Source of the DNA: Octopus sinensis
Lineage: Eukaryota
Length of the DNA stretch: 41,404 bases
Reading direction: 5' to 3'
NCBI RefSeq assembly: GCF_006345805.1
Contig: NW_021824707.1
Span: 1 to 41,404 of the forward strand
Positions 11,935-23,900 of this stretch are shown here, piece after piece (position 1 is the first letter of the stretch; each line of letters opens with the position of its first letter). The position numbers and the translations under genes are program-made. The notes below the pieces were generated by a model. It saw only the letters and a program-made list of their open reading frames with translations. It was not told the DNA's origin and did no database searches.

Positions 11935-12005
<71 letters not shown>
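11598..12005. repeat. (CT)n, (GA)n and (TA)n microsatellite cluster
   Basis: Directly visible. Confidence 0.9.
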
Positions 12006-12006
<1 letters not shown>

Positions 12007-12360
12007 GTATAAGATAAATTTTCTAAGTCCGTTCTTAAAAAAATTAGTTTCACCTGTCGAGTGTACGTGTGTATGAGTGCTTGTAATTGTCATATCTGCA
12101 GGTGTAAACGTGTCTGTGTGAGTGCGCGCGCGCCCTGCACATGCCATGCGAAATACACTCCTGTTTTGACATACCTATATGATATCCCCTAAATGTGCTG
12201 CAAAAAATATCAAGGATTGATATCGATATTATAGCTTTGTTATATTTGGCTTCATTCTCAGGTTTACGCCATAATTCTTGTAACATAAAACTAGATAAAG
12301 CAATTTCTATTATGAGCTTATATGCTATATAATACGTACAATGTTTGCACACACACACAC

Positions 12361-12403
<43 letters not shown>

Positions 12404-12796
12404 TGTATATATTATGTATAATATTATATTATATTATTCATGTGTTTAAAATAAATAAATAACCATGCCGTTAACAACCATGATAATAATGATATTAGAT
12501 CCGTAGCATTTTTATCTAAAAGCAAATATGTTAAAAGAGTTTAGATTTTATTTTGCCAACGATATTAAGTTACAAACCTTTCTGTTATGAGTTCAAATTC
12601 TAGTCGACGTCGATTTTCCACTTTCATTTTTTTTTTTTTTCCGTTGAAGATATAAACAAGTCATGTACTGGAATTGATCGCAACGTCTGTACACTTCGCT
12701 TCGAAATCATATGGGATTCTTGCGAGAAATCAATATCGTTAACGCCTTTATTGCGTTTCTAGCTGGAATGATAAAGTTGTCTAACACTAACAACAT

Positions 12797-12813
12797 CAAT
12801 AATAATGATGATG

Positions 12814-12867
<54 letters not shown>

Positions 12868-13037
12868 TAATAATAATATCAAAAATACTTTAGAAATGAG
12901 AACCCAGGTTCGAAATTTCCCCAAGACACCTGATGAAGGCTGAAGGGTATATCAGCCGAAACGTTGTGTTAACAACAAACAAGATGAGGACAAATATCCG
13001 TCAAATCTAAATAATGTACATAATTCTTAAGAACTGT
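12797..13037 (+). mobile_element. Hammerhead-bearing short element, copy 1 (no tRNA head)
   Basis: (AAT)n followed by about 125 bp nearly identical to the reverse complement of 27733-27858, then tail TAAATAATGTACATAATTC. Confidence 0.8.
12925..12970 (+). ncRNA. Minimal type-I hammerhead ribozyme
   Basis: GACAC-CTGATGA-A-GGCTGA(agggtata)TCAGCC-GAAA-CGT-T-GTGTT: core CUGAUGA/GAAA, 6-bp stem II, 5-bp stem I, palindromic ACGT stem III, GUU triplet. Confidence 0.75.
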
Positions 13038-13382
13038 AATAGCACATTATACTCAATAGTTACAAAATGCGGAGCAAAAGAATGGGATTTAGGCAATGTA
13101 TAAAAACATGATAATATATTTAAATTATACAAAATAATTACAGAACATAATTAAATAAATATCAATTACAGAAGATGTAATTGAAAAAATTCAATTTAAG
13201 TAATATCAAAAAGATATTGTTTTAATTAACCAGTCAATCGATGCCTTTATTTAGATTATTTTCTCATGTGATTTTAATATTTGAGACCGATGTATAAAGT
13301 TCAATATGATCTTCATTGTCTTATACAAAAATTCTCAATCCTAGCGTAGGTTAGAACTATCGCCGATTATCTTTTGAGGATA

Positions 13383-13591
13383 TACGAGGTGGTGCTAAAA
13401 AGTTCCGGCTTTAAGGGTATCGTAAAAGGCCTGGTCGGAAGCCCAACCTTCCCTGTTCTTTTACAGGGCTTAGAAAAACGGAAGGATCGCTGCAATAAAT
13501 GCATGAATCTGAGAGGGGAATGTGTTGAATAAAACCATAATTAACTGTATTTTCTTTTACCCAAAGCCAGGAACTTTTCAGCCCGCTTATA
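13383..13591 (+). mobile_element. Mariner-derived MITE
   Basis: TIRs TACGAGGTGGTGCTAAAAAGTTCCGGCTTT and AAAGCCAGGAACTTTTCAGCCCGCTTATA with TA ends. Internal GLEKRKDRCNKCMNLRGECVE* resembles the mariner C-terminus. Confidence 0.8.
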
Positions 13592-14254
13592 AGGAGAGCG
13601 TCTGTAGCTTTCGCAAATTATCCATCTTTCTTCTTACTGAAGCTTCTGTGATTGCTTCGAGCAAGAATGCATTTGTTTTTGTTACGTAATCGTGCCACAA
13701 TGGTTTTCGTTCAACGGATATTTTGTATCCATCTACTGCAAAATACGAGGATTTTTTTCTACATCAATTGTCGACTTTAAGAAAGAATTTTCGATTAACA
13801 AAATTTGTACATGTGTTTTCCTTCATGTAAAAAAAAAATTCTTCGAGTCAAATTTATCGTCGTTATTTATCACAAATCATTATTTTTTTCCGTTTGTCTC
13901 TTGTTAGCTTTCATTATTTTCCTTTTTTTTATCTTCCTTAAAATTTCTACTTTCACTTTCACCGGTTTTTTTTTGTTTGTTTTTGTCTCGGATAAGCGTA
14001 TTTGTTTACGTTGGTGTTACCACCATCTGACAAATGCCTTTTGCCGCTACAATGATACAAAAATCCAAGTTTAATTATGAGTCAACCAAATACACATACG
14101 TAAACGTTAAATTTCTGAAGTCAAACTTATTTTTTCACTCCGAGGTAAAACGAGATGAAGGCTAAAACTGTTTCGAAGACTTCCGTAAGTAAAATTATCT
14201 AAACGTGGCAAATGTAATTATTTTACGTACACGTTCGTTCAACGCACAACACAA

Positions 14255-14296
14255 ATAATAATAATGATAATAATGATAATAATAATAATAATAATA

Positions 14297-14332
<36 letters not shown>

Positions 14333-14397
14333 TAATAATGATGATGATGATAATAATAATAATAATAATTATTATTATTATTATAATAATAATAATG

Positions 14398-14429
<32 letters not shown>

Positions 14430-14460
14430 TATAATATTAATAATTATAATAATAATAATG

Positions 14461-14502
<42 letters not shown>

Positions 14503-14564
14503 TAATTATAATAATAATAATAATAATAATAATATAATTATAATAATAATAATGATAATAATAA

Positions 14565-14595
<31 letters not shown>

Positions 14596-14830
14596 AATCC
14601 TTTCTAATAATAATATGAAGAAGAAGAAGAAGAAGAAGAAAAAGAAGAAGAAGAAGAAGAAGAAGAAAAAAGAAGAAGAAGAAGAAAAAGAAGAAGAAGA
14701 AGAAAGGAAGAAAAAAGAAAGAAAGAAAGAAAGACAGAAGATGAAGAAAGACAGAAGAAGAAGAAGAAGAAGAAGAAGAGAAGAAGAAGAAGAAGAAGAA
14801 GAAGAAGAAGAAGAAGAAGAAAAGGAGGAG
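14255..14830. repeat. (AAT)n followed by (AAG)n trinucleotide arrays
   Basis: Directly visible. Confidence 0.97.
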
Positions 14831-15343
14831 GTCGTGTTGGGGACGTTTATCAGGAGAGAACGCCATTTCATCGCACAGCGAGAAAACCAAAATATCCATT
14901 AAGATCGGTCAAATAAGAGCAATGAAAATCGAAAACAAATGATGAGAATGTCGGAAGATAAGGCAAAAGTAATGCATTAACTTTGAGTAATTGTATTGAT
15001 TTTGCAGCTGCTGTTGTTGATGCTGTTGATGTCAATGATGATGATGGTGCTCTAAGTAATGTATTATAAATGTTCGCACTAACGGTCGATTAGTCATCGC
15101 GTGTAAACACACTAAGAGAATATAAGTTAAATCCTCACCAAGGTTGGGCGACCTCGCCGGCCATTAAAACTTGCAAACGTCACAAATGAAACTCTATCAT
15201 TCTGTCCAAGTTTAAAACAGAAATGTGTACTTTGAATTTGATGTGTGAACTCTAAGGAAAATTGGAGTGTACAAACCTTAGCATTAGCAGAAGAATATAA
15301 GCAGTTAGGTAATGGTATTGGTGCCATTCTCTTGGAATGCTGC

Positions 15344-16361
15344 ATTCTCTTGGATTTCTACGATCTTGAAATCTTGTTCTTTTCAAGTAGAATTCGATTT
15401 TAGGAAAGATTCTTAAAACAAAAAGATCGAAACCCTGGCCAAAAATGAGATCAAGACTAAACACATAAACGCTAAACACACCGAGAAGGCAAACTACAAA
15501 GTCAGACCTGAAACAGTCTCAAGAAAACAAGTAAATAACAAACCATAAGATAAAACCATGGCAACATAGCCACTGACCAGCAAATCCGAATCCGAACGAG
15601 ATAAACACCAACGAAAATATGAATCAAATGAAATATAAGAAAGATTTAATAATAGAAAATTGTAAAGATGGAAATTCTGATTATGTCCATAACCTAAAGG
15701 TAGAATTAATTAAAGAATTGAAATCGATAAAAGATATTCTTATGGACCAATAAAAGACACTCTCAAGGATAAATCTTAATGATAAAATAGCAATATTACA
15801 AAAGGAAAATTTGAATATTGTGTTCTTAAACAAAACAAGTGCAAACATCAATATAACCAGGATAATCTAAAAACGATATATGCGACAGTCACACTAGTAG
15901 TAAAACAGGTAACCATATTGATATAGTGTACGAGGTCTGGTCAAAAAGTAACGGGACTGGTGCTATAAAAGGACAACTCCAATATATATCAAATCAGCCT
16001 TTAATCTTCTTCTGAAGACACACACTTTATCCAGCGTCGTTACCACTGATGGAAGCATTTTTGGAACACCTTTCTCTTTATTATAGGCACAAGACCTGAA
16101 TACAGAGGGACATACAACTGACATTCGGGGACATAAAAACGAATGGAAAATGATAATGAAATTAACATAATTATGATGCAAATGAGACGGCCATCTCGCC
16201 CCCGTTACGAGACGAACCGTGAATACCTTTACAATTAGATTTTACAATTAACCACCTTTCTGTATGGATAGCAAGCAGCTGCCTAGCTGGATTCTCTGCG
16301 ATTTCTTCGGTCTTGAAATCTTGTTCTTTTCAAGTGGAATTCGATTTTAGGAAAGATTCTT
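15344..16361. repeat. 71-bp dispersed direct repeat (15344-15414 and 16291-16361)
   Basis: TCTTGAAATCTTGTTCTTTTCAAGT(A/G)GAATTCGATTTTAGGAAAGATTCTT is present twice. Confidence 0.9.
15929..16085 (-). mobile_element. Mariner 3' end fragment
   Basis: TIR TACGAGGTCTGGTCAAAAAGTAACGGGAC. Minus strand FQKCFHQW*RRWIKCVSSEED matches the mariner C-terminus. Confidence 0.75.
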
Positions 16362-16843
16362 GGCCGTAATATACTTCGATCTGTGTCTCTTTGCACGCAG
16401 GCTCTCTCATACACACAAACACGCGTAGTTTCTTTGCTATGACCACTCATTGAATCTCTGTGGTCTGATGAGACGATCACACGCAACACACTTCACTTCC
16501 AAACATTGCTTTAAACAAGTGAGCGAGAACGTTATGACTTAGTGTGCATGCGCGACAGAATACAAGGTCAGTCTGGGTCACTCAGCGGCTTCACTCAGCG
16601 TACTTTAACTCCGTTGCCATAACAACAGTCATGATAATGATATTCTTTTTTATCCGACCTCGTATAAAATTATCAAAATGGAAACAGGCAACTTGGAAAA
16701 CAATTCGTTTAAAAAATCACAGGAAAACTTTAATCCTCAATTAATAACGGAAAGGCACGCATTAAAAAATAGATTTCAGCGGTCCAGCATGGCGAATATA
16801 TAATGTATATATGTATGTATATAAGCATGTATGTAGGTACATA

Positions 16844-17212
16844 CATGGAGGCGCAATAGCCCAGTGGTTAGAACAGTGGACTTGCATTTGTAGGATCGCG
16901 GTTTCGATTCCTAGGCCGGGCGTTGTGAGTGTTTATTGAACGAAAACACCTAAAGCTCCACGAGGCTCCGGCAGGGGTTGGTGGCGAACCCTACTCTATT
17001 CTTTCACTACAACTTTCTCTCACTCTTTCTTTCTGTTTCTGTTGTACCTGTATTTCAAACTCGTGTCATGGGGAATCTCCCTGAGAACTACGTTAAGGGT
17101 TCACGTGTCTGTGGAGGGCTCAGACACTTGCACGTTGATTTCACGAGCAGGCTGTTTCGTTGATCGGATCAACTGGAACCCTCGTCGTCGTCGTAACCGA
17201 CGGAGTGCCACG
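16844..17212 (+). mobile_element. Full-length tRNA-derived SINE, family C, with 13-bp TSD
   Basis: A-box TAGCCCAGTGG, B-box GGTTTCGATTCC. TSD ATGTAGGTACATA at 16831-16843 and 17213-17225. Confidence 0.85.
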
Positions 17213-17689
17213 ATGTAGGTACATATGTGTGTGTGTTTGTGAAACTCCAATAGCAGAATTGTGACAGCTATTCCGGAAATATCGATACACGTCGGGCTAA
17301 AAGATATGTTCGCCATCGCCCGCATACTGCCATAGCTTCGTGTTGAGCCAAGCTATGAATGTAAAGCTGCGACGACTTGTGGGGGTGGGAGTTGTATCTC
17401 TGAACTTCTTTCAACAGTAGGTTATTACGCTTTCACCATTCAGCCCTTGGTTACTTTTAGCGTTCCCCTCAGGTCTCCGGTCGGGCGATAAATCGATAAT
17501 GAACTATTGTACATTTTACAACAGCAAAACCAATATATATAATTGGTTTCTTCCACATACTCAACCCCACTCTGTCTTTTGGGGTTTGTGTGTGCGTGCT
17601 TGTGTGTGTGTGTGTGCGTTCGTGTGTGTGTGTGTGTGTGTTTGTATGTGTGAGTTCGTGAGTGTGCGAGTGTGTGTGTTTTTTGGCCA

Positions 17690-17892
17690 TGTTTGCACTC
17701 CCACACAAACAGTTAAAAACAGGTGTTGGTTTGTTTACGTCCTTGTAACTTAGCGGTTCGGCAAAAATAGTCGATAAAATAAGTACCAAACTTTACACAA
17801 ATATATGCACTAGGATGAGTTTCTTTGACCGAAACAATTTAAGGCTGTGCTGCAGCATGGCCGCAATTTACTGTCTGATACAAATAAAACAT
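17690..17892 (+). mobile_element. SINE family B, 3' half, degenerate
   Basis: GTTTACGTCCTTGTAACTTAGCGGTTCGGCAAAA...CAGCATGGCCGCA. Confidence 0.8.
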
Positions 17893-18602
17893 AATATAAG
17901 TGCGTGCGTGCGTGTGCATGTGAGTGTGTGTGTGTGTACATATGTGTCTGTCTATGCGTATCTCCGTGTATCGATTATGTTTTTAAAAGGAAAAACCCTA
18001 CCTTATTGCTGAAAGTATATATTTACATATTTAATTACTCGATAATTATATTTTTGTACTTGCATGTAAGGTTGGTTGTTTACAAAAAATATCATAAGAT
18101 AAACACCATAATCAATAACCTATGCAATAAAAAAGATATACAATTACCTGAACATTTGGAAGACATTTTCTGCAAACAACACGGGATATTGAAGTAGACT
18201 ATTACATGCAGGACTGCATGTTTATCGTGCTCATATTAATCGATTATCGATAGGGTAAGATATTTCTAACGCATGGATCTTCTAACATTCACGTATGCAC
18301 ACAGGCCGCACACGTACACTCACACACATGCACACATGCATATTCATACATACGCACGCACGTATATATATATATACATGTTTGTGTGGCCGTGTGTGTG
18401 TCTGGGTGTGTGTACGGTGTTATAAATATCAATGCTTACGAACACGAATCCACCCGGATTCTTATATTTATATGCTTATGTACAAGACTGAAAGGTAGAT
18501 AATTAAACAGAATGAGAGTTTAAAACCGATTGTATACATACATACATACATACATGCATACATACATACATACATACATACATACATACATACATACATA
18601 CA

Positions 18603-18638
<36 letters not shown>

Positions 18639-18745
18639 TAAATATATATACAGCAGAGTACAGAGTAAGCGTATAATTGTGAAACAAGGTGGGAAAAAAT
18701 AGTACTCGAATACCTGAGGCAGAGAAATATGCTTTGTTATTAAAG

Positions 18746-18899
18746 CTGCAAAGACACCAAAAAAACTGTTAATCAGAGTTTCACGTTCCCGTTCTTCGGA
18801 GAGTTCTGGTTGAGAATCAGTCAAATCATTCTCAACCAAAACACTCAGAAGAACGGGAACGTGAAACTCCGAGTAACAGTATTTGTGGTGTCTTTGCAG
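18746..18899. repeat. Inverted repeat with arms of about 72 bp and a 10-nt loop; each arm has a hammerhead-like motif
   Basis: CTGCAAAGACACCA...GGTTGAGAAT / ATTCTCAACC...TGGTGTCTTTGCAG. Right arm reads CAGAAGA-ACG(GGAA)CGT-GAAA-CTC-C-GAG-TA. Confidence 0.85.
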
Positions 18900-19117
18900 A
18901 TTTATTAATAATGTGTATTACACACACTCACACATACACACACATCTGTTGCGTTACCAACCTTGTCTCCACTCTTTTGGCTTTAAAAACCTACTTTGCT
19001 CTTGTTATCGTAAACTTCCGCCTTTCACCATGTGTAACTCGTAAACACCAGTCGTTTTTTTCTCTATCTCCTGTTGCCCGCTTTGGGATCTTTCTTTCCT
19101 CTCTCTTCCTTCTTTAT

Positions 19118-19152
19118 GTTTCCGACGAAGAGCTCCGCTCGAAACGTCATAC
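19118..19152 (+). ncRNA. Variant or degenerate minimal hammerhead motif
   Basis: GTTT-CCGACGA-A-GAGC(TCC)GCTC-GAAA-CGT-C-ATAC. U4 is replaced by C and stem I is imperfect. Confidence 0.45.
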
Positions 19153-19254
19153 CTTCCTGCTTCCATTTCCTGAGCGCCTATTAATAATAATACTGTAATT
19201 GTTCCATTGTTGTTGTTTTTTTTGTTTTCCCGTTTGGATTAAAATTATATATAT

Positions 19255-19286
<32 letters not shown>

Positions 19287-19681
19287 ATATTCACCATGCA
19301 CAAAATAGCACTGACCACTTCGCAAGACCCACACCATCATCCACACACCTACACATGCATATACTCACACATCAAGGTCACCATCCCCTAACCACACGCA
19401 CACACACGCTCTCACATACACACGCACGCGCACCTTCGTTTAAGATGATGGCAAATTAAATTTTCATTATTCTTGGTGGCTTTCTCTGGTCACTGCTATG
19501 TTGTGGCTATTACATAACACTTGCTAATCTGCTTACCTTCGACTGATTCAGTATGACTTGACCTCAGACGATTGGTGGCTATCCAGAAAGTATTCTTCCG
19601 ATGACGACACCACGAAAGAATCTCAGAACTGTGGTTAAGTGATGTGGCTCCCTTCCTCAATATCTGGAACTATTTTAGGCT

Positions 19682-20361
19682 TATATATCTGTGTGTGCGT
19701 GTGTGTAAGTGTATATGTCTACATATACTTTCAAATTATCATTTTCATGCCATGTTAGACCACTGAACTCAACACGTTTTTTTCGTCCTCTCTATTTATA
19801 ATAATCTACAGGCTGACCTGACGTTTTGTGTGCGCTGATACCTCTTTGATATCGGCAAGAGTTAGTGTGCATGGTATATACATTACCGTTAGATGCATAC
19901 GTTATTGTCAAGTGCTGGTTGTTTTTTTGGTCACTCATGTAGAAAAGCCTATCACGAATTTGGAAACTTTACTGGTTCAAACCAGTTGCAAGGAATAGGA
20001 ATTCCTACAAAAATATTAAAAAATCTACATAAAAACCTGGAACTTGAACACAGTCGTGCTTTCAATATAACACATTTAAAATAACAAGACACTCTGTTTC
20101 ATGTACCAATATACACATATACTAACACATACATATATACATACATGCATACATACATACATACATACATACGTACATACATACATACATTCATTCATAC
20201 ATACACACTCACATATATATTTGTGCATGTATATGTATATATGTATATATATCTGTGTGTGCGTGTGTGTAAGTGTATATGTCTACATATACTTTCAAAA
20301 TATCATTTTCATGCCATGTTAGACCACTGAACTCAACACGTTTTTTTCGTCCTCTCTATTT
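19682..20361. repeat. 116-bp direct duplication (19682-19797 and 20246-20361)
   Basis: Near-identical copies; I see one mismatch (CAAATTATC vs CAAAATATC). Confidence 0.92.
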
Positions 20362-20377
20362 TTTCTTCTTATTATTC

Positions 20378-20412
20378 CTTTCTGTTAAAGAGCATAGGCT
20401 CGAAACATAAAA
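20378..20412 (+). ncRNA. Decayed hammerhead-like motif
   Basis: TTT-CTGTTAA-A-GAGC(ATAG)GCTC-GAAA-CAT-A-AAA. Same GAGC/GCTC stem II layout as 19118, but the core is mutated. Confidence 0.3.
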
Positions 20413-21639
20413 AAACTTTTCCATTCTCCCCGACCGTCATACTAATACACTCGCTTGTTGTTCCTACACCTGTCTTCATTTGTTTTTCTATATATTTCAA
20501 CTATATACATATGTGTATAAGTATATATATATATGTATGTACCGGGATATGTATAAATATATATGGTAGTGTGTGCTTGTGTTCTCTCTGTCGATGTATG
20601 TACAATGTAAACGTTTTTATTCGCCTCGGGTTTGTTCCACAACTCTAATACAATCACCTCTTTTTCTCATTTTCGCTCTAATTACCAACTCATTATTATC
20701 AGTTCTTTTCTTTTTCATTTCGTTATTTCGTTCAGAAATGGGAATCATACTTTGAAAATATATGTAGACATATTCTATTCATTTCCCTCTAGATATATCT
20801 ATGTTTGCGTATACACACATCGTATATACGTATGTATACATAGATAAGGACACACACAGAGAAATGGGAAACACTTTGAAAGCATATACAACCATATTTT
20901 TCATTTTTGTCTGGATATGTTCATCTTTGTGTGTTCAATCATTATATATACGTATACATACATATACATATATATGTACATACGTGTATTTATGTGTGTA
21001 TGTGTTTGTATGTATAAACGTATGTATGTATATATATGCGTGTGTATCAAGATATATATGTGTGTGTGTGTGTGTATACAGATGAGAGTTTGTAAAATTG
21101 TATATAAACTATACAATATAAACTATGTATGTAAATTTGTGTATAAGCTAATCAAACTCTCTCATAATGCGATTTTCGTATTTTTTCTGTTTTTGTTTTT
21201 ACAATTTTATAAGTACTTTCAGGATTTATAACGATCCGGAGGAAAACGCCATTATCGAACGTCTAATGCGTTTCGTAATTCTGAACTTAGTGAAACGGTC
21301 AAATTTTTTCATTAGGCTTCAGCAGGATGAAGGTTAAGAAAACTATTTTGACCAAACAAATAACGGATAAAAGATTAAAAACAGTTAGCTGTCAAGTAAA
21401 TCTTCACACGCACACGCACATACACACACGCATCATCACACACATCACACATAGGCATATTTTAACCAATGAGTGTTCCCGGGAAGGGATTTGTTTACAA
21501 TTTGATGTTGAGAAACATCTGATGCTGCAAAGTCCTATCTTGAATATTTTTAAATGAAATTAAAATCGAATTGAAATTAATATTATTGTCAGTATTTCAG
21601 CAGGTTTTGAATGTAAATAAATTTAAATCAATATTAATA

Positions 21640-22695
21640 TTATTCTTCAAATTACTGCTCATTCAGAACGAGGACTGAACAAGCCAATCAATTTTTTCTC
21701 CCACTCTTCTTCTGACTTGACTGAATCGTGAAGTTTGTAAAATGGAAACATCGAAAACATTTAATTTTCAAGTTTCAAATGTCTGCTTAATGGGATCTGG
21801 TTGACATGATGATCCCTCATTTGTTGCCTGTGTATTCGAGTGCGTTCCAGTAAGGATTTTCGTCTCTGCTTAATACATATTTTTTCACAAATTGGAAATT
21901 TGGTGCAGTAGATTAGTTCTTATTTGTATTTTGTAATATTCTTTTCTCGGATTTTGTGCTGGTAAAGTAACCGGTGTAATTGAATTGATATGCATTACAA
22001 TGATTGCCATTGCATTTCGATACCATGATTGTCCTGTCATTGTTGTTCAGGTCACACTTTGCCTTCATTAACAAGTTCTGCCTTTTACTTTTAACAAATG
22101 TTCGGTTAGCAACTACATTCTTAGTTCGTTACACTAATGACAAGAATGTTTAATGGCTCGGGTCATGTGTCACTATCAAAGGTATGATATTCTATTTTTG
22201 TGCTTGTGTTCCTCCTAGGTTGTTCTATAAGGATTAATATTTTTGAGTTGAAATCCTTTAAATAAGGTGAGTTGTTTGCCTCTGGTATCTACATCATCAA
22301 CAACAGCGTTAATTTTCCTGACTACACAGTATAGGATATAACGGCTTTTTATGTGCAGGATGGCATCATTTAAAGTACAAGTTTTGATGTGCATCACTGT
22401 ATTTGTGATATTGAATACGCATTATATCGAGTAACAATTTTGTGTTGTTCATCTTTGTAAATTTCAGAGCTGGATATAGATTGTTTAAATGTATGCTGAA
22501 GTCTTCCAAATCATCTACAGATTTTGGTCCGAATTTGGAATGAATCGTCAAGATATATTTTCCATGCGCCTTCTATATGTCGTTTAAAATCAGTGCCATA
22601 TGTTCCTTCTGCCTTTCTTCTTCCTAGTATCGCATTACAGAATTTGCGTATACTGGATCAAACTTGATTCCATTGGCTGTGCCTCATATCTGAAA
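21640..22695 (-). mobile_element. Decayed Penelope-like element (RT plus GIY-YIG region)
   Basis: Minus strand with frameshifts: FQI*GTA.GIKFDPVYANSVM (QxxGxAMG..AP.YAN motif), DDLEDFSIHLNNLYPALKFT, and LLERTRIHRQQMRD...IPLSRHL (region following GIY-YIG). Confidence 0.7.
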
Positions 22696-22759
22696 TTGAT
22701 TTTTACCATTGAAAAAGGATGTGCTATTCCCAAGCATAAAACAGACAGCGTTTAATATA

Positions 22760-23100
22760 GAGTCGACCAAAGCCATGTGAGTGGATTTGGTAGACAGAAA
22801 CTGAAAGAGGCCCACGTGTATGTATGCATGTATGTATATACACACACATGTGTGTGTGTGTGTGTGTTTGTTTGTTTGTTTCCCATCACCGCTTAACATC
22901 CGGCGTTGAATTATATAATTTATATAATTCAAAGTAACTTGGCGGTTCGGCTAAAAGACCGACCGAATAAGATGTAAGCTTTAAAAAAATAAGTTCGTGG
23001 GGTGGGGGACAATCTATTCGACTAAAGTCCGTCTAGGCGGTGCCCCAGCATGGCCGCAGTTTAATGATTCAAACAAAGGATAAGAGATTAAAAAGATAAG
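22760..23100 (+). mobile_element. SINE family B, 5'-truncated
   Basis: GACCAAAGCCATGTGAGTGGATTTGGTAGACAGAAACTGAAAGA...GGCGGTGCCCCAGCATGGCCGCAG. Confidence 0.85.
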
Positions 23101-23321
23101 TTAACTTTTAAGGGAATCTTCCCACACACATACATATAGACACAGATATAGACATACGCGCCACACATATACATACATATATGTATGCGTGTATTTGTGT
23201 GAGTGTATGAATCTATATATACTTATATATATGTGAGTGCATGAATGATTGTTTGCAAATATATGTGTAACTTCATGTATTAAGGGCAAACGTATTCAGC
23301 ATCTCGGCTCACCGCTCATTC

Positions 23322-23472
23322 ACCCAGCGGAGCATCGAGGATGTGAGAACTGGAGGGAGGGACAGTAAACCATCACCTATCAGATATTTCAGGTTCCCCT
23401 GCAGCGTGGGTAAACGTCGACAGCATGTCGGCCAACCCAGTGGAGCATCGAGGATGTGAGAACTGGAGGGAG
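23322..23472. repeat. Direct repeat of about 38 bp, 113 bp apart
   Basis: ACCCAG(C/T)GGAGCATCGAGGATGTGAGAACTGGAGGGAG occurs twice. Confidence 0.9.
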
Positions 23473-23513
23473 AGAAAGATGCACCCACCACTGGCAGATC
23501 GTAATTTTGAGGG

Positions 23514-23630
23514 GAGCAACATGAAGTAAAGTATTTTATCCAGGGATACTATGTGCTACTCGGTCGAAGAATCGATCCTACGGCCGTAAAATCGTGAGCC
23601 CAGCACACTACCCACAAGGTCACATGCCTT
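23514..23630 (-). mobile_element. Degenerate SINE family D, 5' part
   Basis: Resembles 1013-1132 (GAGCAACATGAAGTAAAGT...GAATCGATCC...ATCGTGAGCCCAGCAC). Confidence 0.5.
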
Positions 23631-23686
23631 GACTCTTCCTTTTGTAACACACAACACTAATATATACATGTAATATACCTAATGCT

Positions 23687-23900
23687 GGAGGTGCGTAGCT
23701 TAATGTTTAAGGTGCTGGATTCATGATCGTAAGATTCTGGTTTCGATTCCCAGACGGAATGACGCATTGTGATCTTGAGCAAAGCACTTCATTTCACCTT
23801 GCTCCGGCTGGCAAAAATGAGTATTCCTGCGACTGACCGACATCCCGGCCAGTTGGAGATTATATATACACCACAGAAAACGGAGAACCGGTCCTAGGAG
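23687..23900 (+). mobile_element. tRNA-derived SINE, family D
   Basis: GGAGGTGCGTAGCTTAATG, B-box GGTTTCGATTCCC, GATCTTGAGCAAAGCACTTCA, CCTGCGACTGACCGACATCCCGGCCAG. Confidence 0.7.

Noticed and set aside
14444-14902. Poly-K/E or poly-F/L ORFs
   Set aside because: Translations of (AAT)n and (AAG)n arrays.
16462-16495. CTGATGA motif
   Set aside because: No downstream stem II plus GAAA at a suitable distance.
19595-19630. Hammerhead-like CCGATGA...GAAAG
   Set aside because: No convincing stem II or stem III can be drawn.
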